Origin: Acidobacteriota bacterium
GTDB lineage: Bacteria > Acidobacteriota > Blastocatellia > Pyrinomonadales > Pyrinomonadaceae
Length of the DNA stretch: 64,000 nucleotides
NCBI GenBank assembly: GCA_031408595.1
Contig: JANNWQ010000296.1
Span: 916 to 64,915 of the forward strand
Direction: 5' to 3'
Notes under the pieces: model-generated
Databases searched by the model: none
The model's input: only the letters and a program-made list of their open reading frames with translations
What the model was told of the DNA's origin: nothing
Translations under genes and position numbers: made by a program
Part shown: piece after piece, positions 56,533 through 64,000 of the stretch
Layout: each line of letters opens with the position of its first letter
Numbering within the stretch: position 1 is the stretch's first letter

Positions 56533-56843
56533 CTAAGATCTCCGAAGCTGAATTTGCTCGGATCTGCCACGGTATTTACAAGGATCGCGAGAGCATTATC
56601 AAGCACAATCCTCTCGGTACGCGGGAGGAGATCATGCTATGGATGCTGCTGAGCTGTCTGATCACCTATCTCAGCCTTAGTGACATCGAAACGCCCTGCT
56701 TTACCGGCAGGCCCGATGCAAAGACCTATCGCGAGGCAATTCATTTCGTGCTCCAAGATCGTCGGCTCGCCGATTTTAGTATCGACCAATATCTGAACGA
56801 CTTCACCGCTAATAGCCCTCAACGCATGGTTTTCGAAAGTTGA
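56529..56843 (+). CDS. hypothetical protein
   Basis: Track ORF with an ATGA overlap on the GNAT stop. No family recognised. Confidence 0.6.
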   Translation: MTKISEAEFARICHGIYKDRESIIKHNPLGTREEIMLWMLLSCLITYLSLSDIETPCFTGRPDAKTYREAIHFVLQDRRLADFSIDQYLNDFTANSPQRMVFES

Positions 56844-56981
56844 CGGCCTATACAAACTTCCGCCTTAAGCGTATAGTCGGATTGAATCGAGCTAGCTTAC
56901 TCCTACTCAGATATTCTGAATCCATCAGCCTATCTGAAGTACCCAGCCAACTTAAGCACCTTGCCGATTCCTAGGAGTTAG

Positions 56982-57965
56982 ATGACCAAACCCACAAATT
57001 GGCGACGAATCAACTCGCTTGTCTTGACAACGATCGTACTGTTTTTTATCGCTGACCAAGCATCTGCACAGGAGAAAGATTACAACCCCGGCGAGAAGAT
57101 CGAATGGAAAAGTTCCGGATATCCCGAAACATGGGAACAAGCTACATTTGTCAAAGCCACTCCCGACGGTTCGCAACCGATCATAAGACAAATGCCGAAC
57201 GAATTTCACAAGGATGGTTTTCAGCAGGCGACGGGTTGGGACAAAATCCGTCCGTTTTCGGCAAAGACCACTAATAAGGTTCTGGTTAACGATGCCGAAG
57301 CGGAGGACAACGCAATCGCGCCGCCCCCGACAAATGATTTCGGCACTGGGTTGATGACTCAGGCCCAGATTTTTAGCTTTTTGCAGGCGAAGATCGGTGA
57401 TAAGGCATTTGTTAATCCGCCTCGAGAAGCAGGATTCAAAAGAGAACTCGCCGAGATGATCAAGGCACGCGGTCTGGATTTTCGGTTTACTTCGTCAGAC
57501 AGAGTTTTTTGGGACAAACTCGCCAAATACGGCGGATTAACGGGCGAGCTCAACTTCCCGCTTACTTACAACTACGGCCCGCCAACCAAAGAGAGAGAAT
57601 TGATGGGTTCGTGGAATTTGGGCAAGATCGGCGCGGCGACCACCTACGTAAAAAACGATCGCGTTTACCGTCAAGGCGAGATCGGCGTCGGTAATATCGG
57701 AACGCTCCTGCTCAACGCGAACGGAACTTACGTTTGGAAGTCGGTGTTAAAGGCTCAACCTATAAACGGCAAGTGGCGCAAAGCTACAAAAGAAGAAATG
57801 AAATCCGTCGGGGGCGACGGCATCGTTTTGCTGAAAGCACAGGGTGAATACGATTGGCTCGTAACAAAAGACCGTCGAACGATGAATAAAGGAGAGTGGA
57901 TCAACATCTCTGAACTTCGCACTCGGCAGATCAATGAATTTGGGTCTCGCGGCGCCAAAAAGTGA
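56982..57965 (+). CDS. secreted hypothetical protein
   Basis: SD TAGGAG. Signal/anchor RRINSLVLTTIVLFFIADQASAQ. No family recognised. Confidence 0.7.
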   Translation: MTKPTNWRRINSLVLTTIVLFFIADQASAQEKDYNPGEKIEWKSSGYPETWEQATFVKATPDGSQPIIRQMPNEFHKDGFQQATGWDKIRPFSAKTTNKVLVNDAEAEDNAIAPPPTNDFGTGLMTQAQIFSFLQAKIGDKAFVNPPREAGFKRELAEMIKARGLDFRFTSSDRVFWDKLAKYGGLTGELNFPLTYNYGPPTKERELMGSWNLGKIGAATTYVKNDRVYRQGEIGVGNIGTLLLNANGTYVWKSVLKAQPINGKWRKATKEEMKSVGGDGIVLLKAQGEYDWLVTKDRRTMNKGEWINISELRTRQINEFGSRGAKK

Positions 57966-58014
57966 CTCCCCCTTGTTCCTCGAATAACCGGTCACTCAAT
58001 AACGGGGATCACCT

Positions 58015-58209
58015 ATGGACGATCTGAAGGCTTACCATAAGCTGATCGTCGATTCGGTAAAGATCATCCAGGATGGAATGAAGGCGGGCAAATCGCTCGA
58101 TGATCTAAAGAAGGCCGGCCTGCCAGAGAAGTTTAAGGCCGCTGGCTCAGGCTTTATCAAGACAGATATGTGGATCGAGATAGTGCATCGGTCTTATTCG
58201 AAGAAATAA
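58015..58209 (+). CDS. small hypothetical protein (64 aa), possibly a gene fragment
   Basis: Track ORF only, with a weak SD. Confidence 0.35.
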   Translation: MDDLKAYHKLIVDSVKIIQDGMKAGKSLDDLKKAGLPEKFKAAGSGFIKTDMWIEIVHRSYSKK

Positions 58210-58220
58210 GAATTTTGGCC

Positions 58221-58291
58221 CGCGAAACACGCGAAAAGACGCGAAATAAGAAATTTGATTCCTTTTTTCGGGTCTTTTCGCGTTTTTCGCG
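58221..58291. repeat. long imperfect inverted repeat (26-nt arms, 24/26 paired) built from CGCGAAA words; putative bidirectional terminator
   Basis: CGCGAAACACGCGAAAAGACGCGAAA (58221-58246) pairs with TTTCGGGTCTTTTCGCGTTTTTCGCG (58266-58291), between convergent gene ends. Confidence 0.5.
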
Positions 58292-58301
58292 GTCAATCTT
58301 C

Positions 58302-59378
58302 CTACGCCACTGTGATCTCGTTCGAGAGATACACGTCCTGAATTGCATTCAATAGTTTGACGCCTTGTTCAAACGGGCGTTGGAAGGCTTTGCGGCCTGA
58401 TATGAGGCCGGTGCCGCCGCCGCGTTTATTGATGACGGCCGTGCGGACCGCGTCCGCCTTGTCGCTCTCGCCCTTTGACTCGCCGCCGGAGTTGATCAGA
58501 CCGGCACGCCCCATGTAGCAATTTGCCACCTGGTACCGCACGAGGTCGATCGGATTGTCAGTCGTCAGCTCGGAGTAGATCTTCGGACTTGTCTTGCCGT
58601 AGCTACTCTCGGTGTTGAGCATGTTGTAACCACCGTTTCGCTCCGGCAATTTCTGCTTGATAATGTCGGCTTGAATGGTCACGCCGAGGTGATTGGCTTG
58701 GCCCGTGAGGTCGGCTGCGGTGTGCATGTCGCCATCGGCTCCCTTGAATTTTGGATTGCGTAGATAGCACCAAAGAATGGTCGCCATCCCGAATTCGTGT
58801 GCGTATGCAAAGGCCTCAGCCACCTCGGTGATCTGCCGCGTCGATTGGTCGCTGCCAAAATAGATCGTCGCACCGACCGCGACCGCACCCATATTTCGTG
58901 CCTGCTCGATAGTGCCGAACATCACTTGATCGAACTGATTCGGATACGTCAAAAGCTCGTTATGATTGATCTTTACTATGAACGGAATCTTATGCGCGTA
59001 TCTACGCGCGACCATTCCGAGCACGCCATAGGTCGAGGCAACAGCGTTACAACCGCCTTCGATGGCGAGCTTGACGATATTCTCGGGGTCAAAATACATC
59101 GGATTTGGAGCGAATGACGCTCCGGCAGAGTGCTCGATCCCCTGATCGACCGGAAGTATCGAAACATAGCCCGTGCCACTCAAACGGCCAGTGTTATAGA
59201 GCGACTGCAAGCTCCGCAACACATTGGGATTGCGGTCGGAGTCAGCCCAGACGCGGTCAACAAAATCACCGCCGGGCAGATGTAAACTCTCTTTCGGAAT
59301 GGTCGAACAAGTGTGGTTCAAAAGTGTGTCAGCGTCGCTACCAAGCAGTTCCCTGATCTTTCCAATATCTGTGGACAT
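58302..59378 (-). CDS. fbaB: class I fructose-bisphosphate aldolase (FbaB/DhnA type)
   Basis: The ATG at 59378 follows GGAGA. It is near-colinear with E. coli FbaB as I remember it ([33 protein letters not shown]..., LINSGG...[13 protein letters not shown]). Confidence 0.9.
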   Translation of the reverse strand: MSTDIGKIRELLGSDADTLLNHTCSTIPKESLHLPGGDFVDRVWADSDRNPNVLRSLQSLYNTGRLSGTGYVSILPVDQGIEHSAGASFAPNPMYFDPENIVKLAIEGGCNAVASTYGVLGMVARRYAHKIPFIVKINHNELLTYPNQFDQVMFGTIEQARNMGAVAVGATIYFGSDQSTRQITEVAEAFAYAHEFGMATILWCYLRNPKFKGADGDMHTAADLTGQANHLGVTIQADIIKQKLPERNGGYNMLNTESSYGKTSPKIYSELTTDNPIDLVRYQVANCYMGRAGLINSGGESKGESDKADAVRTAVINKRGGGTGLISGRKAFQRPFEQGVKLLNAIQDVYLSNEITVA

Positions 59379-59484
59379 TAAGTTATTTTCTCCAAAGTCG
59401 GCTTTCAAAAATGATCTAAAAATATAAACCAATAATATACAACGCCTCGTCCGCATTGTTAATTCGACATCTCTGAAATACAAC

Positions 59485-59510
59485 GAAAAAGCTGCCCGCT
59501 GGCAGCTTTA
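59485..59510 (-). terminator. rho-independent terminator of the sigma/anti-sigma operon
   Basis: The minus strand reads AAAGCTGCC-agcg-GGCAGCTTTTT. Confidence 0.7.
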
Positions 59511-59581
59511 CGTTTCAGATCGGGTGTTCCATGTTCCAGCATGAAACGGTGGAACGCATGGAACAGGTGGAACAAACTTTT

Positions 59582-60433
59582 TTAAAGTGAACTTGTTTCG
59601 ACCTTGGCAAGAGCCGCGACCTTTTCGCGTTTCGAGACGACCACGCCGCCTTTCTTCTCGACAGTAATGGCGAACATTTCCGGTCCGATCGCCTTTAGCT
59701 TAGCCGTGATGGGAATGACAACTTCGCCATCGGTGGCCACGTCAAATGTCCCGCCGTCGATTGGTGTGGCTTTATCTTGGGTCTTGTCGAATATCCAGAG
59801 TTGGTAACAGGTTTTATCCGAATCGTTGACCGGAAGTCCGCGAAAACGCATATAGCCCGTCTGTTTTGCTTCGCTCCAGACGATGTCACCGGAAATATCC
59901 CTAAGTTCCTTAACGTTTCCTGCACCCCAGCTAGCCTTGTAAATACTCGCCTCGCTACGGAGCAATTCTTCGCGAAGATCGTTCGGCGATAACGCTCGTG
60001 GCGTTTCGACAGGTGTAGACACCTGTGTCATTTCGATCGGTTGCATCCGGGTCGACCAGATGTTGAATGCCAGTGCGATACTCGCCGCTGCGGCTGCGGC
60101 CCAGCCCATCCATCCGAACCATGAGCCGAAAACACTCGACGTTTCGATGTTCGCAGCTTTCGGCGGCGGTGGCCAGGCGGAATCGGGCTGTCGGCTTCGA
60201 ATGAATTCTTCGCCACTATCTAAGATTCGTTCACGAAGGAATGAAGGCAGTGACTCTTCGGATTCGAGGCCGGCCATCGTGATCGCAGCAGCGGTCATCT
60301 CAAGTGAACGAAACTCAAGCTCCGTGCTCTCGCCGTCAAAAGACGCGAGTTCCCGTGCCTCGCTCTCGTCCAGCCCGTAGATGGCTTTCTTAGCAAGCAG
60401 GTCGAAGAGTTGTTCATTTTGTTCTTCGCTCAT
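59582..60433 (-). CDS. anti-sigma factor (RskA-like, single TM)
   Basis: TM helix WFGWMGWAAAAAASIALAFNIW. The C-terminal domain CYQLWIFD...TPIDGGTFDV...FAITVEKKGGVV is typical of anti-sigma-K. ATGA overlap with the sigma gene. Confidence 0.85.
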   Translation of the reverse strand: MSEEQNEQLFDLLAKKAIYGLDESEARELASFDGESTELEFRSLEMTAAAITMAGLESEESLPSFLRERILDSGEEFIRSRQPDSAWPPPPKAANIETSSVFGSWFGWMGWAAAAAASIALAFNIWSTRMQPIEMTQVSTPVETPRALSPNDLREELLRSEASIYKASWGAGNVKELRDISGDIVWSEAKQTGYMRFRGLPVNDSDKTCYQLWIFDKTQDKATPIDGGTFDVATDGEVVIPITAKLKAIGPEMFAITVEKKGGVVVSKREKVAALAKVETSSL

Positions 60434-60999
60434 GCCCTTACCCCCTGCGAAAGCTGCGGACCACCCAGAGAATCTAGTCCCATCAGTTCTCTCACCTGCA
60501 ATAATCCACGCCTCGCGTGTGTCTTAACCGTTCCCAGCGGCATCCCGGTCGAGTCGGATATTTCCTGATGCGACATTCCTTGAATGATCGAGAGCCGCAA
60601 AACTTGCTGTTGCTCAGGTCTTAAACTTCGCATCGCCTCAGCGGCTTGTTGTGCTTCGAGGCTGGTTTGCATCGTCTTGTCGGCCCTCGTAAATGGCTCG
60701 AGTAGCACGTCATCCAGCGAGTCCGCCGATATACGCCGTGTCGCAAACCTGATCTTATCAATCAATCTACGCCGTGCGATCATTGCTATAAACGTTGTCT
60801 CTGACGACTTCGTTTCGTCAAAACGCTCAGCATTTTTCCAAACATCTACGAATATTTCCTGCACGGCATCCTCTGCGTCGTCGGAATTTCTGAGCATCTT
60901 TCGGGCGATAGACCACACGAGTCCACCGTACTTGCTCAGACAATCCTGTATGGCGGCCTGATCACCGTTTGCTATGCGTTGTAGGATGCTTTGAGTCAC
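60430..60999 (-). CDS. ECF sigma-70 family factor
   Basis: EDAVQEIFVDVWKNAERFD (region 2), IQGMSHQEISDSTGMPLGTVKTHARRG (region 4), GTG start. Confidence 0.9.
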   Translation of the reverse strand: MTQSILQRIANGDQAAIQDCLSKYGGLVWSIARKMLRNSDDAEDAVQEIFVDVWKNAERFDETKSSETTFIAMIARRRLIDKIRFATRRISADSLDDVLLEPFTRADKTMQTSLEAQQAAEAMRSLRPEQQQVLRLSIIQGMSHQEISDSTGMPLGTVKTHARRGLLQVRELMGLDSLGGPQLSQGVRA

Positions 61000-61131
61000 T
61001 ATATATTCTTGGAATCGATAGATGTTCTCTTTAAGCTACCCTATTCGGGCGGTGCTTGTAAACTTTCACGCCCAAAACGCTCGCGGCGGTTAGCCTCCAG
61101 GATAGATTTCGACATTGTTACGTGATTGGAT

Positions 61132-61626
61132 TCAGACCGCTTCGGCGTCGATCTCAGGCTCCGGTTGGGATTCGAGTTCCGGTTCGGGCTGAGGCGAAGC
61201 TGAGGATGTGAAGATAGAGGCGACAAAGATGATGAAAAGTAGAATCGAGCTGATTGCTGACAATAGGCAAAACTGGCAAAAAGCTCCGATCAGAGCCGCT
61301 TGAACGTAGATCAGCCAGCCCGAGAATCCGGCCATGATCGTCGACTGGACACCATAGAGTCGCCACGTTCGTCGATCGCCGAACACCGTCAGCAAAGCAA
61401 GCGAAAAGGCGACAAAATACGCCGCAGCCCCAAATGCCGCTAGCGGAATACCCGCAAACTCTGACCACTGACTATTGAGAACCTGTTCGCAACCCTCGAG
61501 AATGCTGCACGGAAGCGGCTCGGCCGTGTAATGATGGACCGTGAGATAGACCGAATCAGCAAGGCCCGCCAAAGCAACGATCACCGCTGCGACGGGCAGT
61601 TTGGCGATCGTTGTTTGGTTGGACAT
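61132..61626 (-). CDS. vitamin K epoxide reductase (VKOR) family membrane protein
   Basis: Loop Cys pair PLPCSILEGC, CxxC FCQFCL in TM4, and an acidic P/E-rich tail. Confidence 0.85.
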   Translation of the reverse strand: MSNQTTIAKLPVAAVIVALAGLADSVYLTVHHYTAEPLPCSILEGCEQVLNSQWSEFAGIPLAAFGAAAYFVAFSLALLTVFGDRRTWRLYGVQSTIMAGFSGWLIYVQAALIGAFCQFCLLSAISSILLFIIFVASIFTSSASPQPEPELESQPEPEIDAEAV

Positions 61627-61634
61627 AGTTTATT

Positions 61635-62453
61635 TTACTTGCTTGGGTTTGCAGTGTTGGCCGGGGCGGCGGCATTTGCGGCCGGAGCCGTCGCGGCTGC
61701 CGGACTGGAACTTGCGAGCTCAGCATCAATGATCTTCCTAAGGCCGGTCACTGTTGCCTCGGCAAACGGAACGGCATTGCCGTTAATGTAGAAGGACGGT
61801 GTCGAACTCACACCGATTGCCTTGCCGCGGGCCATGTCGGCATCGACACGCGACTTGGCGGCAATACCGGCCATGTCATTCTCCCATTTGCCAATATCGA
61901 GGCCGATCTTGGTCGCGTAGTCTTTCCACATTGCCTTATAGGTCGGTGCTGCTGTCCACGCTTGCTGGTTGTTGAAGAGCAAGTTTTGCATATCCCAGAA
62001 CTTACCCGGCCCCTGCATTCCGGCCGCCTCGGTTGCAACTGCCGCCTCATACGACTTGTCGTGGGCAGGGATCGCAAGCGGGTAATTGCGGAATACAAAC
62101 CGAATTCGCGAGCCGTAAGTCGATTTGATCTCGTTCACGATCGGATGCATCGCCGCACACGAACCGCACTGGAAATCGGCGAATTCCTCAACCGTCACCA
62201 ACGCGGTCTGCGAACCGGCCTGATTAGGCGGATTTGCTCCTGGAGGTGCATTTGGCGGAATTCCCGGTGCCTTGTTTGCTGGCGTGGTGTTCTTAGCAGT
62301 CGTATTCGAATTTGAATTCGTCTTCGTCGCCGACTTCGACGAACTATACATCCACCAACCGCCAAGTACGGCGACCAACAATACGCCCACGATGATCAAC
62401 ATTGGTGTGTTGCTTTTCGGAGCAGTGCCTTTTACTTCTTTCTTGTTACTCAT
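61635..62453 (-). CDS. membrane-anchored DsbA-family thiol:disulfide oxidoreductase
   Basis: N-terminal TM helix, low-complexity linker, FADFQCGSCAAMHP (CxxC). Confidence 0.85.
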   Translation of the reverse strand: MSNKKEVKGTAPKSNTPMLIIVGVLLVAVLGGWWMYSSSKSATKTNSNSNTTAKNTTPANKAPGIPPNAPPGANPPNQAGSQTALVTVEEFADFQCGSCAAMHPIVNEIKSTYGSRIRFVFRNYPLAIPAHDKSYEAAVATEAAGMQGPGKFWDMQNLLFNNQQAWTAAPTYKAMWKDYATKIGLDIGKWENDMAGIAAKSRVDADMARGKAIGVSSTPSFYINGNAVPFAEATVTGLRKIIDAELASSSPAAATAPAANAAAPANTANPSK

Positions 62454-62457
62454 TTGT

Positions 62458-64000
62458 CTATTTTACGGCTTTGATCCGTGTTTTGTTTACGTGTCTTTCG
62501 TCGAGAATATCGAGGGTTTCGATCACTTTTGAAATGATGCCTTCGGTGTCGAGCCCGTAACGCGCCAGCAATATTTTGGGATCTCCGTGTGTGACGATCT
62601 CATCGCTAACGCCCATTCTAACCACCTTTATTGTATCAGCAAGACCCTGTTCTTCAAGCATCTCGAGGACGGCTGAGCCGAAGCCGCCTGCCAGATACGC
62701 GTCTTCGACGGTGACGATGAGGCGGTGGGTGCGGGCTACTTCGGTGAACAGGTCTTCGTCGAGCGGCTTGACGAAGCGGGCGTTGATGACGGTTGGTTTA
62801 ATGCCGCTTTTAGCGAGTTCTTTGCCCGCCTCGATCGCGGGATAGACCATTGAGCCGTAGGCGATGATCGCGACCTCGTCACCTTCCGTAACAACCTCGG
62901 CTTTGCCGATCTCTAGCTGTTTAGGGAATTCGCTGATATCAACGCCAAAGCCATTGCCGCGTGGATAGCGAATCGCGGCGGGACCGGGGTGTTCGATGGC
63001 GGTGAGCATCATGTCGCGAAGCTCTGCCTCGTCTTTGGGGGCCATCAGAACAATATTTGGATAGCCGCGAAGATAAGCGATATCGAGCAAACCGTGATGC
63101 GTCGGACCGTCGGCTCCGACGATGCCGGCACGATCCATCGCGATAGTGACATTGAGATCCTGCAGACAAACGTCGTGGAGAACCTGATCAAAAGCTCGCT
63201 GTAAGAATGTCGAATAGATCGCTGCGACGGGTTTTAAGCCTTCGCACGCCATGCCCGCACAGAACGTGACCGCGTGCTGCTCGGCGATACCAACGTCGAA
63301 TGAACGCTCGGGGAATTTCTCCAGAACCTTATCAACACCAGTTCCGTCCGGCATCGCGGCGGTGAGTGCAACGATGGTCGAATCACGCTCCATCAGTTCG
63401 CACATCGTCTGGCCAAAAACGGCGGTGTAAGACGGTGCGGCAACTTTGCTGGATTTGTAAGGCAAACCCGTTTTCGGATCGAACGGGCCGGTGGCGTGAT
63501 AGGCGTAGTAATTCTTTTCGGGGTTAGGGAAGCCTTTGCCTTTTGTCGTCAGAGCGTGGACGATGACCGGGCCGTCGTCGACCTTTTTCGCCGCTTCGAG
63601 AGCCGTTACGAGATTTGCGACGTTGTGTCCATCGACGTAGCCGATGTATTTGAAACCGAGTTCGTTGACCAGGGCTCCGGGCAGAACCGCAGCCGCAATG
63701 GCATCTTTTACAGACTTTGCCGCCGCACGCAGTTTGCCGCCGATGCCGGGGACGCTTTCGAGTGCGTCGCCGATCTCTTCTTTCCAATGCTGGTAGCTCT
63801 GAGCCTCTTTGATGCGGTTGAGATAGCCGCTAAGCGAGCCGACCGCCGGGGCGATCGACATTCCGTTGTCATTTAATATGACGATGAGACGCGATTTGAG
63901 ATGGCCGGCCTGATTGATGCCTTCCATCGCCATGCCGCCAGCGAGCGACGAATCGCCGATCATCGCACAGACGTGAAAATCTTCCTTCTTTGTGTCACGA
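62458..64000 (-). CDS. dxs: 1-deoxy-D-xylulose-5-phosphate synthase, partial (5' end beyond window)
   Basis: IGDSSLAGGMAMEGINQAG, DVGIAEQHAVTFCAGMA, GADGPTHHG. The frame is open to the window edge. Confidence 0.9.
   Translation of the reverse strand, partial: RDTKKEDFHVCAMIGDSSLAGGMAMEGINQAGHLKSRLIVILNDNGMSIAPAVGSLSGYLNRIKEAQSYQHWKEEIGDALESVPGIGGKLRAAAKSVKDAIAAAVLPGALVNELGFKYIGYVDGHNVANLVTALEAAKKVDDGPVIVHALTTKGKGFPNPEKNYYAYHATGPFDPKTGLPYKSSKVAAPSYTAVFGQTMCELMERDSTIVALTAAMPDGTGVDKVLEKFPERSFDVGIAEQHAVTFCAGMACEGLKPVAAIYSTFLQRAFDQVLHDVCLQDLNVTIAMDRAGIVGADGPTHHGLLDIAYLRGYPNIVLMAPKDEAELRDMMLTAIEHPGPAAIRYPRGNGFGVDISEFPKQLEIGKAEVVTEGDEVAIIAYGSMVYPAIEAGKELAKSGIKPTVINARFVKPLDEDLFTEVARTHRLIVTVEDAYLAGGFGSAVLEMLEEQGLADTIKVVRMGVSDEIVTHGDPKILLARYGLDTEGIISKVIETLDILDERHVNKTRIKAVK

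Noticed and set aside
58015-58209. The idea that the 64-aa ORF is the C-terminal tail of a truncated MBL-fold hydrolase.
   Set aside because: This rests only on a vague memory of similar tails. I cannot align it to anything in the window, so I kept it as a low-confidence small ORF.

Overview
64 kb of moderately GC-rich, tightly packed bacterial chromosome. Gene content points to an Acidobacteriota-like soil bacterium (inference only): a TIGR02999-type ECF sigma with a TPR Ser/Thr kinase, a VKOR-DsbA pair, and PEP-CTERM-style deacetylase and AsnB genes. No rRNA, tRNA, CRISPR array, transposase or integrase was seen. The window is dominated by a glycan (EPS or O-antigen-like) assembly locus split in two. 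Part A (3599-8064, minus strand) has an initiating WecA-like transferase fused to a CapD/WbaP-type module, a TPR/CBM-like protein and a Wzy_C-family protein. Part B (13696-37648) has 24 co-directional, mostly overlapping minus-strand genes: 5 glycosyltransferases, 8 SAM methyltransferases (2 of them FkbM-type), a NodU-type carbamoyltransferase, an AsnB-type amidotransferase, a deacetylase, an SDR epimerase, a polytopic membrane protein, two paralogous Wzx flippases and a beta-propeller-like protein. Two small low-GC cassettes are wedged into part B: an orphan HicB-like gene and a DUF4160-DUF2442 pair. Between the two parts lie an 840-nt ORF-free, hairpin-dense region, an AT-rich orphan gene, a relic of the 3' end of a GT4 gene, and an ECF sigma / Ser-Thr kinase cassette. 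Downstream of the locus come a low-GC three-dehydrogenase block, a DUF2256-SDR-FAD oxidoreductase operon, a thiC 3' relic, a chimeric truncated MDR gene and a codon-atypical PD40/PHP-like gene. After that come intact thiC with its TPP riboswitch, fdhA-like, fbaB, an ECF sigma/anti-sigma pair, VKOR-DsbA and partial dxs. The observations I rate highest are: the methyltransferase-heavy glycan locus; the two cases where a gene's 3' relic and its intact copy bracket a ~4 kb cassette; the small cassettes embedded in the operon; the PNPT-CapD-N fusion; and a family of structured intergenic hairpin repeats. All family calls come from motifs read by eye. No searches were run.
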